Assembly: GCA_963768985.1 (NCBI GenBank)
Contig: CAVYJZ010000009.1
Location: 650,188 to 714,187, forward strand
Length of the DNA stretch: 64,000 nucleotides
Direction: 5' to 3'
DNA from: an uncultured delta proteobacterium
GTDB taxonomy: Bacteria > Myxococcota_A > Polyangia > Polyangiales > Houyiibacteriaceae
Both the position numbers and the translations under genes were made by a program. Under the pieces are notes generated by a model that was not told the DNA's origin, did no database searches, and was given only the letters and a program-made list of their open reading frames with translations. Below are positions 1 through 8,940 of this stretch, piece by piece; position 1 is the stretch's first letter, and each line of letters begins with the position of its first letter.

Positions 1-296
1 ACTACCATGCGATGGGGCATTCGTGGGTCGACTTCTCGTCCGCGTGTTGCCGCATCGACCGGATGGACCCCAAAGCCGCGTTGCGGCAGAGTTTCAATCT
101 GGCGGTGGGATCACTTTGTTTGGATGGTGACGTCTACGTGGTTCGTCACACGGTGATGGTCGACGATCTGCGTCTGGCGGACTTAGAGGTGTCGATTCAT
201 GCGGTCGCGCGGGCGGCGGATCAAATCGAACAATCGCTTCCGATCTTCGAACCAGCCTCCGATCTGCTCTCAAACTCAGGAGAGGAACTTGCCTGA
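1..296 (+). CDS. Hypothetical protein, C-terminal part (gene probably starts upstream of the window)
   Basis: Track ORF 12..296. The same frame has no stop back to position 3, so the ORF is open at the window edge. No motif I can name confidently. Convergent with the LuxR-type gene. Confidence 0.35.
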   Translation, partial: YHAMGHSWVDFSSACCRIDRMDPKAALRQSFNLAVGSLCLDGDVYVVRHTVMVDDLRLADLEVSIHAVARAADQIEQSLPIFEPASDLLSNSGEELA

Positions 297-304
297 AATA
301 CCCT

Positions 305-1330
305 TCACGCCACGGTCTGGAACGCGCGCAACTTCTCGACGAGCTGTGGGCGGGTCTGTACGCCCAACTTGTGCATCGCCGACCTGAGGGTAGTGGAGAC
401 GTTGGGCTGCGAGACCCCGAGTCGGTAGCTGATCAACTTGTTGGTCTCGCCGAGCGAGGCGTAGGTTGCGACTTGACGTTCGCGCTCGGTCAGTCCGCGC
501 GGATCTTTCAAGTCGGGTGGATTCGGGTGCGCCAACACGAAACGCCGCCCGTCGCTGTCGAACCAATCGACCATGGACCAACGACCTTCGACGAGGGCTT
601 TCCAGATCTCGAGAGCTTTTTCGGGGTCTTCTTGGCGAAGGCGTCCACGGGCCTTGTCGATGAGACGGGCAGCCTCGCGGATGAATTCGCCCATGTGTGC
701 TTCGGTCGCCGCGCCGACAGCATCCGTGATCTCGAACTGCTTCGGATCGAGGACGGCTTCGGCATCCTCGGGAAGCCGCGTGTGCCCGATGCTCGTGGCG
801 TGTGCTGCTTGCAGGCTTTGTCGTAGCCGAAAGCCGGATACCAAATGAGCGCCGATCATCTGCCAGGTTGCCCGCTCCTTCCCGGTCAACTTGGTCACCT
901 CGGGCAGCGGGACCGAGAGGCTTAGCCCAATCCCGCTCGGGTCGACGGCGGTGATTGCGAGCAAGTCTTTGGCGCCGGCGAGGTAAGGTTCGAACGCCTC
1001 GAGACCTCCGGCAACCCGATGTGCTTCTTCGGACAGTGTGGTCACGACGCCCGAGCGATTGATGTCCCGGAGCGTTGCCTCGTCCGCCAGGGTCGAACCC
1101 ATCAACATCCGTTCCGGCAGATCGGGTGATCCCGACGCCTGATAGAACTTCGACGGAATTGGCATACCACCTTTTGGCGGCCGTATGTACGTCATCGCCA
1201 GAACGCCATGGCCGTGGTCGAACAGGGGTAGGCCAACCTCGAGCAGCGACGGGACCCATTCGTTCTTGGGGATGTCCAAGTCGTAGACGAGCTCGGTCAA
1301 GTCGATGACGGTCGAGGTAGCTGGGTTCAC
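305..1330 (-). CDS. LuxR-family transcriptional regulator (C-terminal GerE/LuxR HTH, N-terminal domain of unknown type)
   Basis: 341-aa ORF. C-terminus reads LTERERQVATYASLGETNKLISYRLGVSQPNVSTTLRSAMHKLGV, a typical LuxR/FixJ-type HTH. GTG start is preceded by GGAGG 4 nt upstream. Confidence 0.8.
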   Translation of the reverse strand: MNPATSTVIDLTELVYDLDIPKNEWVPSLLEVGLPLFDHGHGVLAMTYIRPPKGGMPIPSKFYQASGSPDLPERMLMGSTLADEATLRDINRSGVVTTLSEEAHRVAGGLEAFEPYLAGAKDLLAITAVDPSGIGLSLSVPLPEVTKLTGKERATWQMIGAHLVSGFRLRQSLQAAHATSIGHTRLPEDAEAVLDPKQFEITDAVGAATEAHMGEFIREAARLIDKARGRLRQEDPEKALEIWKALVEGRWSMVDWFDSDGRRFVLAHPNPPDLKDPRGLTERERQVATYASLGETNKLISYRLGVSQPNVSTTLRSAMHKLGVQTRPQLVEKLRAFQTVA

Positions 1331-1350
1331 TGCACCTCCGCGTTCGAAGC

Positions 1351-1377
1351 GAGATATCTCGCCTCAGTTGATCAACT
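1351..1377. promoter_or_regulatory. Two perfect palindromes (GAGATATCTC at 1351..1360, AGTTGATCAACT at 1366..1377) in the 55-bp leader of the LuxR-type gene; candidate operator sites
   Basis: Read directly from the sequence; both are exact reverse-complement palindromes 20-47 nt upstream of the GTG start at 1330. Confidence 0.35.
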
Positions 1378-1385
1378 CGTCCATT

Positions 1386-2813
1386 CTAACCTCGAGATTC
1401 GATCCAGCGCGAGTAGTCCGAGTAACCGATCGCCTCATGACGAGATTCGAGCAGCTCGGCCAATGCTTTCATCTCCTCGACCGACATGGGCCTAGCGACC
1501 GCGGCCTGTTCGGCGACAGCCTCGGTTTGCGCCGAAGCACTGTGTGGCATTTGCTCGGGCTCATCGCCGACGCCCAAGTACGCCGCCACCACCTTTTCGA
1601 TGATTTCGATCGCATTTGCCCGGCTGTCCTTGATGTTGCCCTTGCCGGTCAAGACGTTGCCTAGCCCGAACACGCCGCGAAGGCCGTGAACCTCGCCAGT
1701 GTCCCAGCTGTCGTAGTGATAGAGCTCGCCCTTGGTGGGGATGCCTTCGATGGGCTTCGGGATGCTGCCAATCGAGCTGATCACCATCGAGGCACGCGCA
1801 TCGAACGCGGTCCCGTCCAAGGTGCGTATCCGGCCGTCGACGACCTCGCTTCTTTGAAAACGAATTCCCGTCAATCGCCCGTCTTCCACGATGGTTTGCA
1901 CCGGCACCGAGAGCTCTTCGAACTTAACGAAGTACTTACGGATGACGCGGTCCATGATCTTCACCCGTGCCGCCTCGAGCTTCGCCAATTGCTCGGGGGT
2001 CGGAGCGTCCGCGCTCGCCAGCGGCATGTCCTTCATCCGGCGTCGATAGTAGAGGGTGCACCCCTTGACGCCGAGCTCTTCCGCGGTGAGGCCGTGCGCC
2101 TCGAGCGTTCGAGGAATGCCCTTGAGCTCCATCTCGACGATGTCGACATCGATGCCGCGCGCATGCAGCGCCCGTGCAAAGAGCTCCAAGTTGACGATTT
2201 TCACGACATCGATCGATGCGAGCCCGCCTCCGACTACGATCACGTCGTCGGGGATCTCGAAGATTGGCCCGTCGTAGCCCCGATCATCGTAGTGATTGAA
2301 CCAGTATACGAACTCGTTCTGGTAGACCAGCCCCCGGCCCACGTAGGCATCCGCTCCGTTCACTGGCAAGGGACGGTCACGCCATGCTCCATTTGCGAGC
2401 ACGATCGCGCTGAACCCGAGTTCGGTGTAGAGCTCCCTCCAGTGGAGATCGCGTCCAATCTCCGTCTTCGGAACGAAGATCACCCCCTCGGCTCCGAGGT
2501 TCTCGTCGATCTTCCGGTACTCTTTGTCACGCAGCTTCTCATGCCAACGCGGCAGGCCGTCTTCAATCTTTCCGTAGGGCCGCGCGCCCTGTTCGAACAC
2601 GACGGGGATGGCTCCACGCGCAGCGCACGCTGCCGCAGCCTCCGACCCAGCGACCGCTCCGCCGATGATTGCCACCACTGGCTTCGGCTCCACCGCGTTC
2701 CTCAGAGTTTGGAGCGCATCCACGGCCCTGGGTCTAGCCCGATTCGATCCCTCGAACAACCGTGGTCTACAAGAAACGAGACGTCCCGCGAACGCCCGTG
2801 CTTTGAAGATCAT
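1386..2813 (-). CDS. FAD/NAD(P)-binding pyridine-nucleotide oxidoreductase (GltD / adrenodoxin-reductase-like)
   Basis: The track ORF 1386..3185 is over-extended. The credible part starts near KPVVAIIGGAVAGSEAAAACAARG (GxGxxG/A dinucleotide fold). A second Rossmann motif, DVIVVGGGLASIDV, follows. ATG at 2813 would overlap the upstream gene by 47 nt; TTG/GTG starts just downstream of the upstream stop at 2767 are alternatives. Confidence 0.7.
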   Translation of the reverse strand: MIFKARAFAGRLVSCRPRLFEGSNRARPRAVDALQTLRNAVEPKPVVAIIGGAVAGSEAAAACAARGAIPVVFEQGARPYGKIEDGLPRWHEKLRDKEYRKIDENLGAEGVIFVPKTEIGRDLHWRELYTELGFSAIVLANGAWRDRPLPVNGADAYVGRGLVYQNEFVYWFNHYDDRGYDGPIFEIPDDVIVVGGGLASIDVVKIVNLELFARALHARGIDVDIVEMELKGIPRTLEAHGLTAEELGVKGCTLYYRRRMKDMPLASADAPTPEQLAKLEAARVKIMDRVIRKYFVKFEELSVPVQTIVEDGRLTGIRFQRSEVVDGRIRTLDGTAFDARASMVISSIGSIPKPIEGIPTKGELYHYDSWDTGEVHGLRGVFGLGNVLTGKGNIKDSRANAIEIIEKVVAAYLGVGDEPEQMPHSASAQTEAVAEQAAVARPMSVEEMKALAELLESRHEAIGYSDYSRWIESRG

Positions 2814-3771
2814 CGCTGAACTGGTACTCCGGGTCGAGCAGGTCGTTGATGCGGTCCATGACGAGATCTGTCGCCCCTTGAAACTTGTCGCGATGCTTAT
2901 TTTCCGCTTCCGCGGAGAAGGGCGTGAAGTCTTCCCGAATGTGGAACTTGGAGAGGGCATCGTACGGGATCGGATCACCGATTCGGTAGACGATCGTGCC
3001 TGCCTTGGCGATCGGCAATGAGCCGGTATACACCAGGTCGCACCCGTTGCAGCCAACGGGCACGATGGTCTTCTTGTAGCGGAGCGCGATTTCGACCATG
3101 CCGATGTGCCCGCGCGGGAGCCGAATCGACCGGGTCCCCTGCGGGAAGACCAAGAGGTCGAGTCCGAGCTCGAAGGAGCGCTCATTCAGGCGAAGGAACT
3201 CGGCCATCATCGCGGTGAACACCCGATTGACGCAAGTGGCATAGGTGCATTCGTCGGGGTTGAAATCCACCCCGAGCATGTTGCGCCGGGTGTCGAAGAG
3301 GTTTCTTGGAACGTTGGAGACGTCCACGGCGCTCAGGTGCTCGTCCGGGGTGGCATCTTTGTTCACGAGCGCACGCAGGGTGTCGTACTCGGCGCTCGTC
3401 GGTCTCCTCCCCATCGTGAGCGTGAAGTCCTTGGTGATGATGTACCCCCGCGAGACCGTGGGAAGGTTGCTGGTGAGCTCCATGAACGTGCCCACCAAAG
3501 GGCTTTCGTAATATTTCCCCTTTACCCAAACCGTGATGTAGCGTTCTTTCAGCTTCCACATCTTGTACATGAACGGAAAGTAGTTGAAGCGGTCCGTGTG
3601 GTTCATCGCATAGATGACCGGCCCATCGGGGACGTTCTGCAGTCCCTCGATCTCGATTTCGACACGGGGGAAGAAATTGTAGTTCGGCGTGAGGACCGTA
3701 TGGCCGAAGAACACTTGGCCGATCGGTCGCTTCATGAGCCGGATACGCTTGAGTCTCGCGAGATCGAGCAT
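2767..3771 (-). CDS. Lysophospholipid/glycerol-phosphate acyltransferase family protein (PlsC-like)
   Basis: 334 aa. Block I-like AMNHTDRFN (His kept; the Asp of HX4D is Asn here). Block III FPQGTRS. Same strand and tightly packed with the neighbouring oxidoreductases. Confidence 0.7.
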   Translation of the reverse strand: MLDLARLKRIRLMKRPIGQVFFGHTVLTPNYNFFPRVEIEIEGLQNVPDGPVIYAMNHTDRFNYFPFMYKMWKLKERYITVWVKGKYYESPLVGTFMELTSNLPTVSRGYIITKDFTLTMGRRPTSAEYDTLRALVNKDATPDEHLSAVDVSNVPRNLFDTRRNMLGVDFNPDECTYATCVNRVFTAMMAEFLRLNERSFELGLDLLVFPQGTRSIRLPRGHIGMVEIALRYKKTIVPVGCNGCDLVYTGSLPIAKAGTIVYRIGDPIPYDALSKFHIREDFTPFSAEAENKHRDKFQGATDLVMDRINDLLDPEYQFSDDLQSTGVRGTSRFL

Positions 3772-3807
3772 CGAACGACTACGATGTGGTCAAAAGCGGG
3801 CGGCTTG

Positions 3808-5310
3808 TCAATTCGGAAGCCGTAGCCGCTGTGCGATGCGGGTCGCGAGCGCCATGATCGTGACTTGAGGGTTCACGCCGACCGCCGTGGGGAACAGGCT
3901 AGCATCGGCGACATAGCAACCCGGCAGGTCCCAAAGCTCGCCGTTGAGATCGACGACCGACGAGCGAGACCGGCTGCCCATTCTGCACGTGCCCATCAGG
4001 TGGACGGTGAAGAGCTCGATGGTGCTGCGAGATCGCTGGGTACGCTCGATCTGCCCGAGTTCGTCGACATTGTTCGCCACCTGGAAGTTGCTGAAGGGGA
4101 GAAGCACCTTCTCGGCGCCCATCTCGAAGTGAAGACGGGCGAGTAGTCGCACCCCGCGGAGAAATCGTTGGTGGTCGTAGCGGGTGATTGTGTATTTCGC
4201 CATCGGCGCGCCCAAGCTTCGCGTCACCGTGCCGGTATGCGAATCCTCGACGAGCACGCCGGTCATGACCATCGCGTTGTATCGCTTCATGAATTCCAGG
4301 GCCTCTTCACCGAGGTAGGGAATCTGGGCGGCGACGGTGCCGGGCGGGACGGCATTCTCGGCGATTAGAATTCCCTCGTCGCGAAACTCGCGAATCTGAC
4401 CGCCTTGGCTCACCCCTTGCCAGGCGTACAAGTCGTTCGGATAGATCGCTACCACCTTCGCGTTGGGATGGCAGAGGAAGTTCTTTCCAAGTTGCCGGCT
4501 GGGACAGCCCAGGCGATTGCCGAGAAGCAGGAAAGGGGTCTGAATCGCGCCGCAGGCCACCACGACGGCCTTCGCTCGCACCCGCAGATCGATGTCCCCT
4601 TCCTGAGTCCGCGGATTGATCGCCTTCCCGATCACCCCCACGCACCGACCGCCTTCGATCCAAAGTCGTCTGGCGCGCACTTCAGTCAGACATCTCGCAC
4701 CGTGCGAGAGTGCCCGTGGCATGTAACTCAGCAGGGTCGATCGTTTCGCCCCAGTGGGACAACCCATGACGCATTGGTTCGACCCCACGCACCGATCCTG
4801 CGCACGGCGATTGTGCTCGTATCGCCAGCCGAGACGGCGGGCGCCTTCTTCGAGCAGGCGACTGTCATCACCAACCGAGACAGGATGCTGCGGTTTGGCA
4901 TGGATGCGCGCCTCGACCCGATCGAACAGTGGCTCCATCGCCTTCGCGCCGAGATCGGGTTGCCCGGTGATCCGCTCCCACTCGACGAGAACTTCTTCTG
5001 GGGCTCGCCAAGTCATTCCGCCGTTGATCACGGTGCTGCCACCGACGCATCGACCCTCGGCGTAGGGGATGGGAGGCCTGCCCATGATGATGGTGCCCCC
5101 CGCGTCCCGATAGAGCCGTGGGAGCGACTCGGTGAGGTATGGATTGAAGCTGGAGGTCGGGTGGTAGCCACCTTCTTCGACGAAGAGCACGTCTCGGCCC
5201 GCTTCTGCAAGCTCGGCGCCGACGACGGCGCCGCCTGCGCCGGTGCCGATGACTACGACGTCGGCATCATAGCGCTGTCCGTTCTGGTAGTCGCGATGGG
5301 AGAGGATCAT
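3808..5310 (-). CDS. GMC-family FAD-dependent oxidoreductase
   Basis: N-terminal DADVVVIGTGAGGAVVGAELAEAGRDVLFVEEGG (ADP-binding beta-alpha-beta fold). Length and C-terminal HLMGTCRMG...VADASLFP are typical of GMC enzymes. ATG at 5310 overlaps the TGA of the upstream ORF (ATGA at 5307..5310); the track start at 5376 is probably too far upstream. Confidence 0.85.
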   Translation of the reverse strand: MILSHRDYQNGQRYDADVVVIGTGAGGAVVGAELAEAGRDVLFVEEGGYHPTSSFNPYLTESLPRLYRDAGGTIIMGRPPIPYAEGRCVGGSTVINGGMTWRAPEEVLVEWERITGQPDLGAKAMEPLFDRVEARIHAKPQHPVSVGDDSRLLEEGARRLGWRYEHNRRAQDRCVGSNQCVMGCPTGAKRSTLLSYMPRALSHGARCLTEVRARRLWIEGGRCVGVIGKAINPRTQEGDIDLRVRAKAVVVACGAIQTPFLLLGNRLGCPSRQLGKNFLCHPNAKVVAIYPNDLYAWQGVSQGGQIREFRDEGILIAENAVPPGTVAAQIPYLGEEALEFMKRYNAMVMTGVLVEDSHTGTVTRSLGAPMAKYTITRYDHQRFLRGVRLLARLHFEMGAEKVLLPFSNFQVANNVDELGQIERTQRSRSTIELFTVHLMGTCRMGSRSRSSVVDLNGELWDLPGCYVADASLFPTAVGVNPQVTIMALATRIAQRLRLPN

Positions 5311-5924
5311 GATGGCGGACGAACCGACAGGTGGTGAATCTCTTGTTCGGCTCCGGGCTCCTGCCCCTCGGTCCACTTTCGGCGCAACTCGATCCTCTCA
5401 GTGACAAATGCAGCAGGTGCGTAGCGCAACTCCCGATGGACGTAGTCCTGATCGAAGTACGACGACATGTAGAGGCCCACTGGCCCGTACATCAGCAGTC
5501 GAACCGGCAACCACCGGCTTCGCGTGACGCTCACCAAGTGACGGCGCGCGGCGTCGACGGGAAGCGCGGTGAGGGGGCGCAGCCCACGAAGCCGCCAAAC
5601 GGGGCACCAGTTCAGCAGGCGCATCCCGAAGAGAAAGAAGAACGCAGTGGATCGGGGCATGTACCGAAGTGAGACGAGCGCATGCTCGGTGACGTCATCC
5701 AGGGTCGTGTCGGTACGAGGGCTGGGTGGAACAATGGCATCGGCCAGCCGTAGTAGAATCCGGCGCGTTCGAGCGCCCACCTCGAGCGGCGCCGCAAGTG
5801 TCCAACCATCGTCGGGGTGTCGCAGGAGCACCGGATGGGGACCATGGTGCGTTCCGGCTGACTTTTCCATGGGGGGTGCTACAAAAACCAAAGCGCCGCA
5901 TGTATCAACAACGATTCCTCCCAA
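5307..5924 (-). CDS. Small partner protein of the GMC oxidoreductase (gluconate 2-dehydrogenase subunit-3-like, tentative)
   Basis: Translationally coupled (ATGA) to the GMC gene. RILLRLADAIVPP resembles the conserved N-terminal helix of GMC-associated small subunits. Start is uncertain: TTG at 5924 or ATG at 5870. Confidence 0.5.
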   Translation of the reverse strand: MGGIVVDTCGALVFVAPPMEKSAGTHHGPHPVLLRHPDDGWTLAAPLEVGARTRRILLRLADAIVPPSPRTDTTLDDVTEHALVSLRYMPRSTAFFFLFGMRLLNWCPVWRLRGLRPLTALPVDAARRHLVSVTRSRWLPVRLLMYGPVGLYMSSYFDQDYVHRELRYAPAAFVTERIELRRKWTEGQEPGAEQEIHHLSVRPPS

Positions 5925-5980
5925 ACTGGCGAGGCGGTCCGAGAGGACTTAGGTTGCGGCGATGACGAGAAGGAGCATGA

Positions 5981-6256
5981 GTGGCGAGACGCAGCCCCAG
6001 AGGTAAGAACAGGAAGTTCGAGCGGGATTTCGAGCAAGAGGACAAGCGCGATGACCACATCAAGCTGAACGGCGTGGTGAGTCAAGTTTACGCGGGCGGC
6101 CAGTTCGAGGTGACGACGGATTCCGGTCCGGTGCGCGCGCAGCTCTGCGGTCGAATGCGGAAATTCAGGATCCGCGTGATCTTGGGGGACCGCGTCACGG
6201 TAGCGCTGTCTCCCTATGATCTGACGCACGGCATGATCGTGTTTCGCGACAAGTAG
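5981..6256 (+). CDS. infA: Translation initiation factor IF-1-like protein with a roughly 20-aa basic/acidic N-terminal extension
   Basis: 91 aa. The core GRMRKFRIRVILGDRVTVALSPYDLTHGMIVFR matches the IF-1 S1/OB signature (compare E. coli [33 protein letters not shown]). GTG at 5981 is preceded by AGGAG at 5971..5975. Confidence 0.8.
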   Translation: MARRSPRGKNRKFERDFEQEDKRDDHIKLNGVVSQVYAGGQFEVTTDSGPVRAQLCGRMRKFRIRVILGDRVTVALSPYDLTHGMIVFRDK

Positions 6257-6264
6257 CTCGGACC

Positions 6265-7164
6265 GTGTACGAAGGAGCGTTCCGCGTCCTCAGAGCACTT
6301 GGCGATGGTCGCTCGCTCTCGCGGGATGAGATCGTGCACGCCGCAGGCGAGGCATCGTCTGTCGTTCGCGACGTGATCGAGCGTTATCCGAAGTGGTTCG
6401 AGCAGGATGAACACCGGATTCGCTGCTCGGAGCGTGGGCTGGCCGCGTTAGCGCGGGAGCTGGTCGCTCGAAGCGCTGGCGAAGCCGGCGCTGAGTCCTG
6501 GCAGCCGATCTACGAAGCGATGGCCGCAGAGCGCAGCACCCCCAAGCGAGGGCTCGATCAGGTCTTCGCGACCACCAATACCGTGGTGCGCCGCGCAGAG
6601 CTCTTACTCGAGGCGGGCGAACACCAACGCGGGCTCGTGTTCTTGGGTGACGACGATTTGACTAGCGCCGCCGTGCAACTCGCCGGCGCGGGTCGGAAGG
6701 TGACCGCGCTCGATACCGACGAGGAAATCATTCAAATCTTGGCCCGCCATGCGGTGGAACGCGGCTGGGAGCACGATGCCGTACACCACGACTTGCGACA
6801 ACCCATTCCAAAAGCGATGAGCGGTCGCTACGGCGCGGTGTTTACCGACCCGCCGTACGCACTCGAGGGTTTTCAGCTGTTCGTCAGCCGGGCGGCGGAG
6901 ATGCTCAAACCCGATGGCCGGCTCTACGTGTGCTTCGGCTACAGTCGCCGGGCCAGCGAGCGAGGGCTGCAGAAACAGCGTGTTCTCGGTGAGGCCGGCT
7001 TTCTCGTCGAAGCCGTCTTCGAAGATTTCAACCACTACGCCGGCGCCGAGGCCATCGGATCGCGAAGCGCGTTGTGGAGATGTCGGGTTACACCCGAGAC
7101 ACGGCCATTGGTCCGGGGCATCGTCCACGGCCCGCTCTACACGAGCCGACCGCCTAGCGACTAG
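6265..7164 (+). CDS. DUF43 / BpsA-like SAM-(or dcSAM-)dependent transferase with an N-terminal winged-helix-like segment
   Basis: 299 aa. VFLGDDDLTSAAV and AVFTDPPYALEG match the GDDDL.S and (F)TDPP motifs of the DUF43 branched-polyamine-synthase family. Only 8 nt downstream of the infA-like gene. Confidence 0.6.
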   Translation: MYEGAFRVLRALGDGRSLSRDEIVHAAGEASSVVRDVIERYPKWFEQDEHRIRCSERGLAALARELVARSAGEAGAESWQPIYEAMAAERSTPKRGLDQVFATTNTVVRRAELLLEAGEHQRGLVFLGDDDLTSAAVQLAGAGRKVTALDTDEEIIQILARHAVERGWEHDAVHHDLRQPIPKAMSGRYGAVFTDPPYALEGFQLFVSRAAEMLKPDGRLYVCFGYSRRASERGLQKQRVLGEAGFLVEAVFEDFNHYAGAEAIGSRSALWRCRVTPETRPLVRGIVHGPLYTSRPPSD

Positions 7165-8093
7165 GTCCTCGCAGCCGTGATCTCGTCGCACCAGGAGATG
7201 AAGTCGTGGGTCACTTCCTGGCGGTTGGTTTCGTTGAGGGTTTCGTGACGTGCGCCAGGGTAGAGCTTGAGACGAACGTCGAAGATCGCTGCGCGCTTGT
7301 ATGCGTCGTAGAGGCGTTTCATCCCCTTCCCGAAGTCGCCGACCGCGTCCCGATCGCCGGCGAACAGGTAGAGGGGCATGCTCTTCGGAACCTTGGCCAC
7401 ATTGCTCGGGTTGGAGATCCGGTCGAGCGCATTCAACAAGTCGAGCCAGGCTTGCGTCGACACCGGGAAGCCCATGAGCGGATCTGCGACGTACTTGTCG
7501 ACTTCGTCGGTATCGCGCGAAAGCCAGTCGAACTCCGTGCGCGCGGGTGAAAACGACTTGTTGTACTCGCCGAAGGTGAGTCGCTGAAGCACGGGGCTCG
7601 GGTTTCGCTTTCCGACGCGCGCACGCTCGATTCGCGCGATCACCTTGCCGACCATCGCGATGGCGGGGGGCTTTCCGTTCGAACCGGACAAGGCAGCAGC
7701 AGCCATGTCGTTGGGGTGCTCGAAGAGCAACTGCTGCAGGACGAACGACCCCATCGAGTGACCGAGGACGATGATCGGGAGGCCTGGGTTGCGCTTGGCA
7801 ATCTCGCGGTTCACGCCATGCGCATCCTCGACGATTCGATTCCAACTGTCGGTGTCGGCCATGTGGCCGGGCGGGCTTCCTTTGGGGATGCTCTTGCCGT
7901 GGCCTCGATGGTCGTGAGCGTACGTGCTGTACCCAGCCGCCGCGAGCGATTGTGCGAGGCGCGCGTACCGCGATCCGTACTCCGCCATCCCGTGCAGCAC
8001 CTGAACGATCGCCTTGGGCTCGGCGATTACCCACCCGCTGACGTGAAGGTTGGCGCCGTCGATCGTTTGAAACGAGAAGTCCGCGGATTTCAT
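7161..8093 (-). CDS. Alpha/beta hydrolase (lysophospholipase / monoacylglycerol-lipase family)
   Basis: 310 aa. HG oxyanion motif (VLHGMAEY), nucleophile elbow GHSMGS, C-terminal GARHE. Lies 12 nt downstream of the PaaX-like gene, so probably in the same operon. Confidence 0.85.
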   Translation of the reverse strand: MKSADFSFQTIDGANLHVSGWVIAEPKAIVQVLHGMAEYGSRYARLAQSLAAAGYSTYAHDHRGHGKSIPKGSPPGHMADTDSWNRIVEDAHGVNREIAKRNPGLPIIVLGHSMGSFVLQQLLFEHPNDMAAAALSGSNGKPPAIAMVGKVIARIERARVGKRNPSPVLQRLTFGEYNKSFSPARTEFDWLSRDTDEVDKYVADPLMGFPVSTQAWLDLLNALDRISNPSNVAKVPKSMPLYLFAGDRDAVGDFGKGMKRLYDAYKRAAIFDVRLKLYPGARHETLNETNRQEVTHDFISWCDEITAART

Positions 8094-8105
8094 ACGGTCG
8101 CGAGG

Positions 8106-8903
8106 TTACTCGATTTTGAGGAAGCGAGCCCAAAGATTCAGGCCCCGGTCGCAGTAGTCGTTCAGAACGCCCACCATGGACGAGCGTTTGTCCTCGTCGA
8201 TCAGGGGCTCGGGCAACAGGGGATCCAGCACCACTTGACGAATCCCTTCTCGACCGAGGAGGAACGCTTCGCGCACCGAGTCGTTGAGCGGTAGGGATTC
8301 CAAATGCTTCATACTACCCGTCAGGTCTCCCTGGAGCTTGGAGTAGGCTTGCTCCAAGCTTGGGCTGTCCCAGAGAGAGCGGGCGCGTCGTTCCTGATCG
8401 GGATTCAGCTCTTCCATGCGAAACACCGATGCGTCGGCATCGAGGCCGAGCGCGAATAGCTCGTCGCGAATGCCATCGATGCCAGGCGTTAGATTGTTCG
8501 GCCTCAGGAACAGCCCAGGCTTGAGCTCCTCGAACCCGAGATATCGAAGCGCGCGCAACCGGCGGCGCAGGGCGGGGCGATCGGTGCGTGATAGGTCGGC
8601 GATGAACGCCGCCGCCCACGAGCCGTCCCAGGCGCCGACCCGGGATGAGACCGTTCGCCATGCATGGATCTTGTCATTGACCACGCGTGCGCTCGGGCCT
8701 AGGCGATATTCCCCACGTCCAGGCGACTCGAGCAGCCCTTCGGCCCGTAACCGCACGATCGCCACCCGCACGCTGTTTTCGGCGATCTCGAAGACCGACG
8801 CAGCCTGAACGAGGGACCGCACAGGCAGTATACCGTCGTGGAATGCCTCACCCGCAGAAAGGACCTCCAGCACGACGGCCTTGGCGCTTACGTTCACGAT
8901 CAT
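8106..8903 (-). CDS. PaaX-family transcriptional regulator
   Basis: 265 aa. N-terminal winged HTH (VRSLVQAASVFEIAENSVRVAIVRLRAEGLL) followed by the PaaX-type C-terminal domain (WDGSW...LRRRLRALRYLGFEELKPGLFLRP). Confidence 0.75.
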   Translation of the reverse strand: MIVNVSAKAVVLEVLSAGEAFHDGILPVRSLVQAASVFEIAENSVRVAIVRLRAEGLLESPGRGEYRLGPSARVVNDKIHAWRTVSSRVGAWDGSWAAAFIADLSRTDRPALRRRLRALRYLGFEELKPGLFLRPNNLTPGIDGIRDELFALGLDADASVFRMEELNPDQERRARSLWDSPSLEQAYSKLQGDLTGSMKHLESLPLNDSVREAFLLGREGIRQVVLDPLLPEPLIDEDKRSSMVGVLNDYCDRGLNLWARFLKIE

Positions 8904-8940
8904 GATGTTACGAGAATCTTAGACCCATCCCGTCGACAGT

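Noticed and set aside
6604-8133. 509-aa ORF on the minus strand
   Set aside because: It runs out of frame over the alpha/beta hydrolase and antisense to the DUF43 gene. Its sequence is extremely Arg/Pro/Gly-rich. The overlapping hydrolase frame has clear catalytic motifs.
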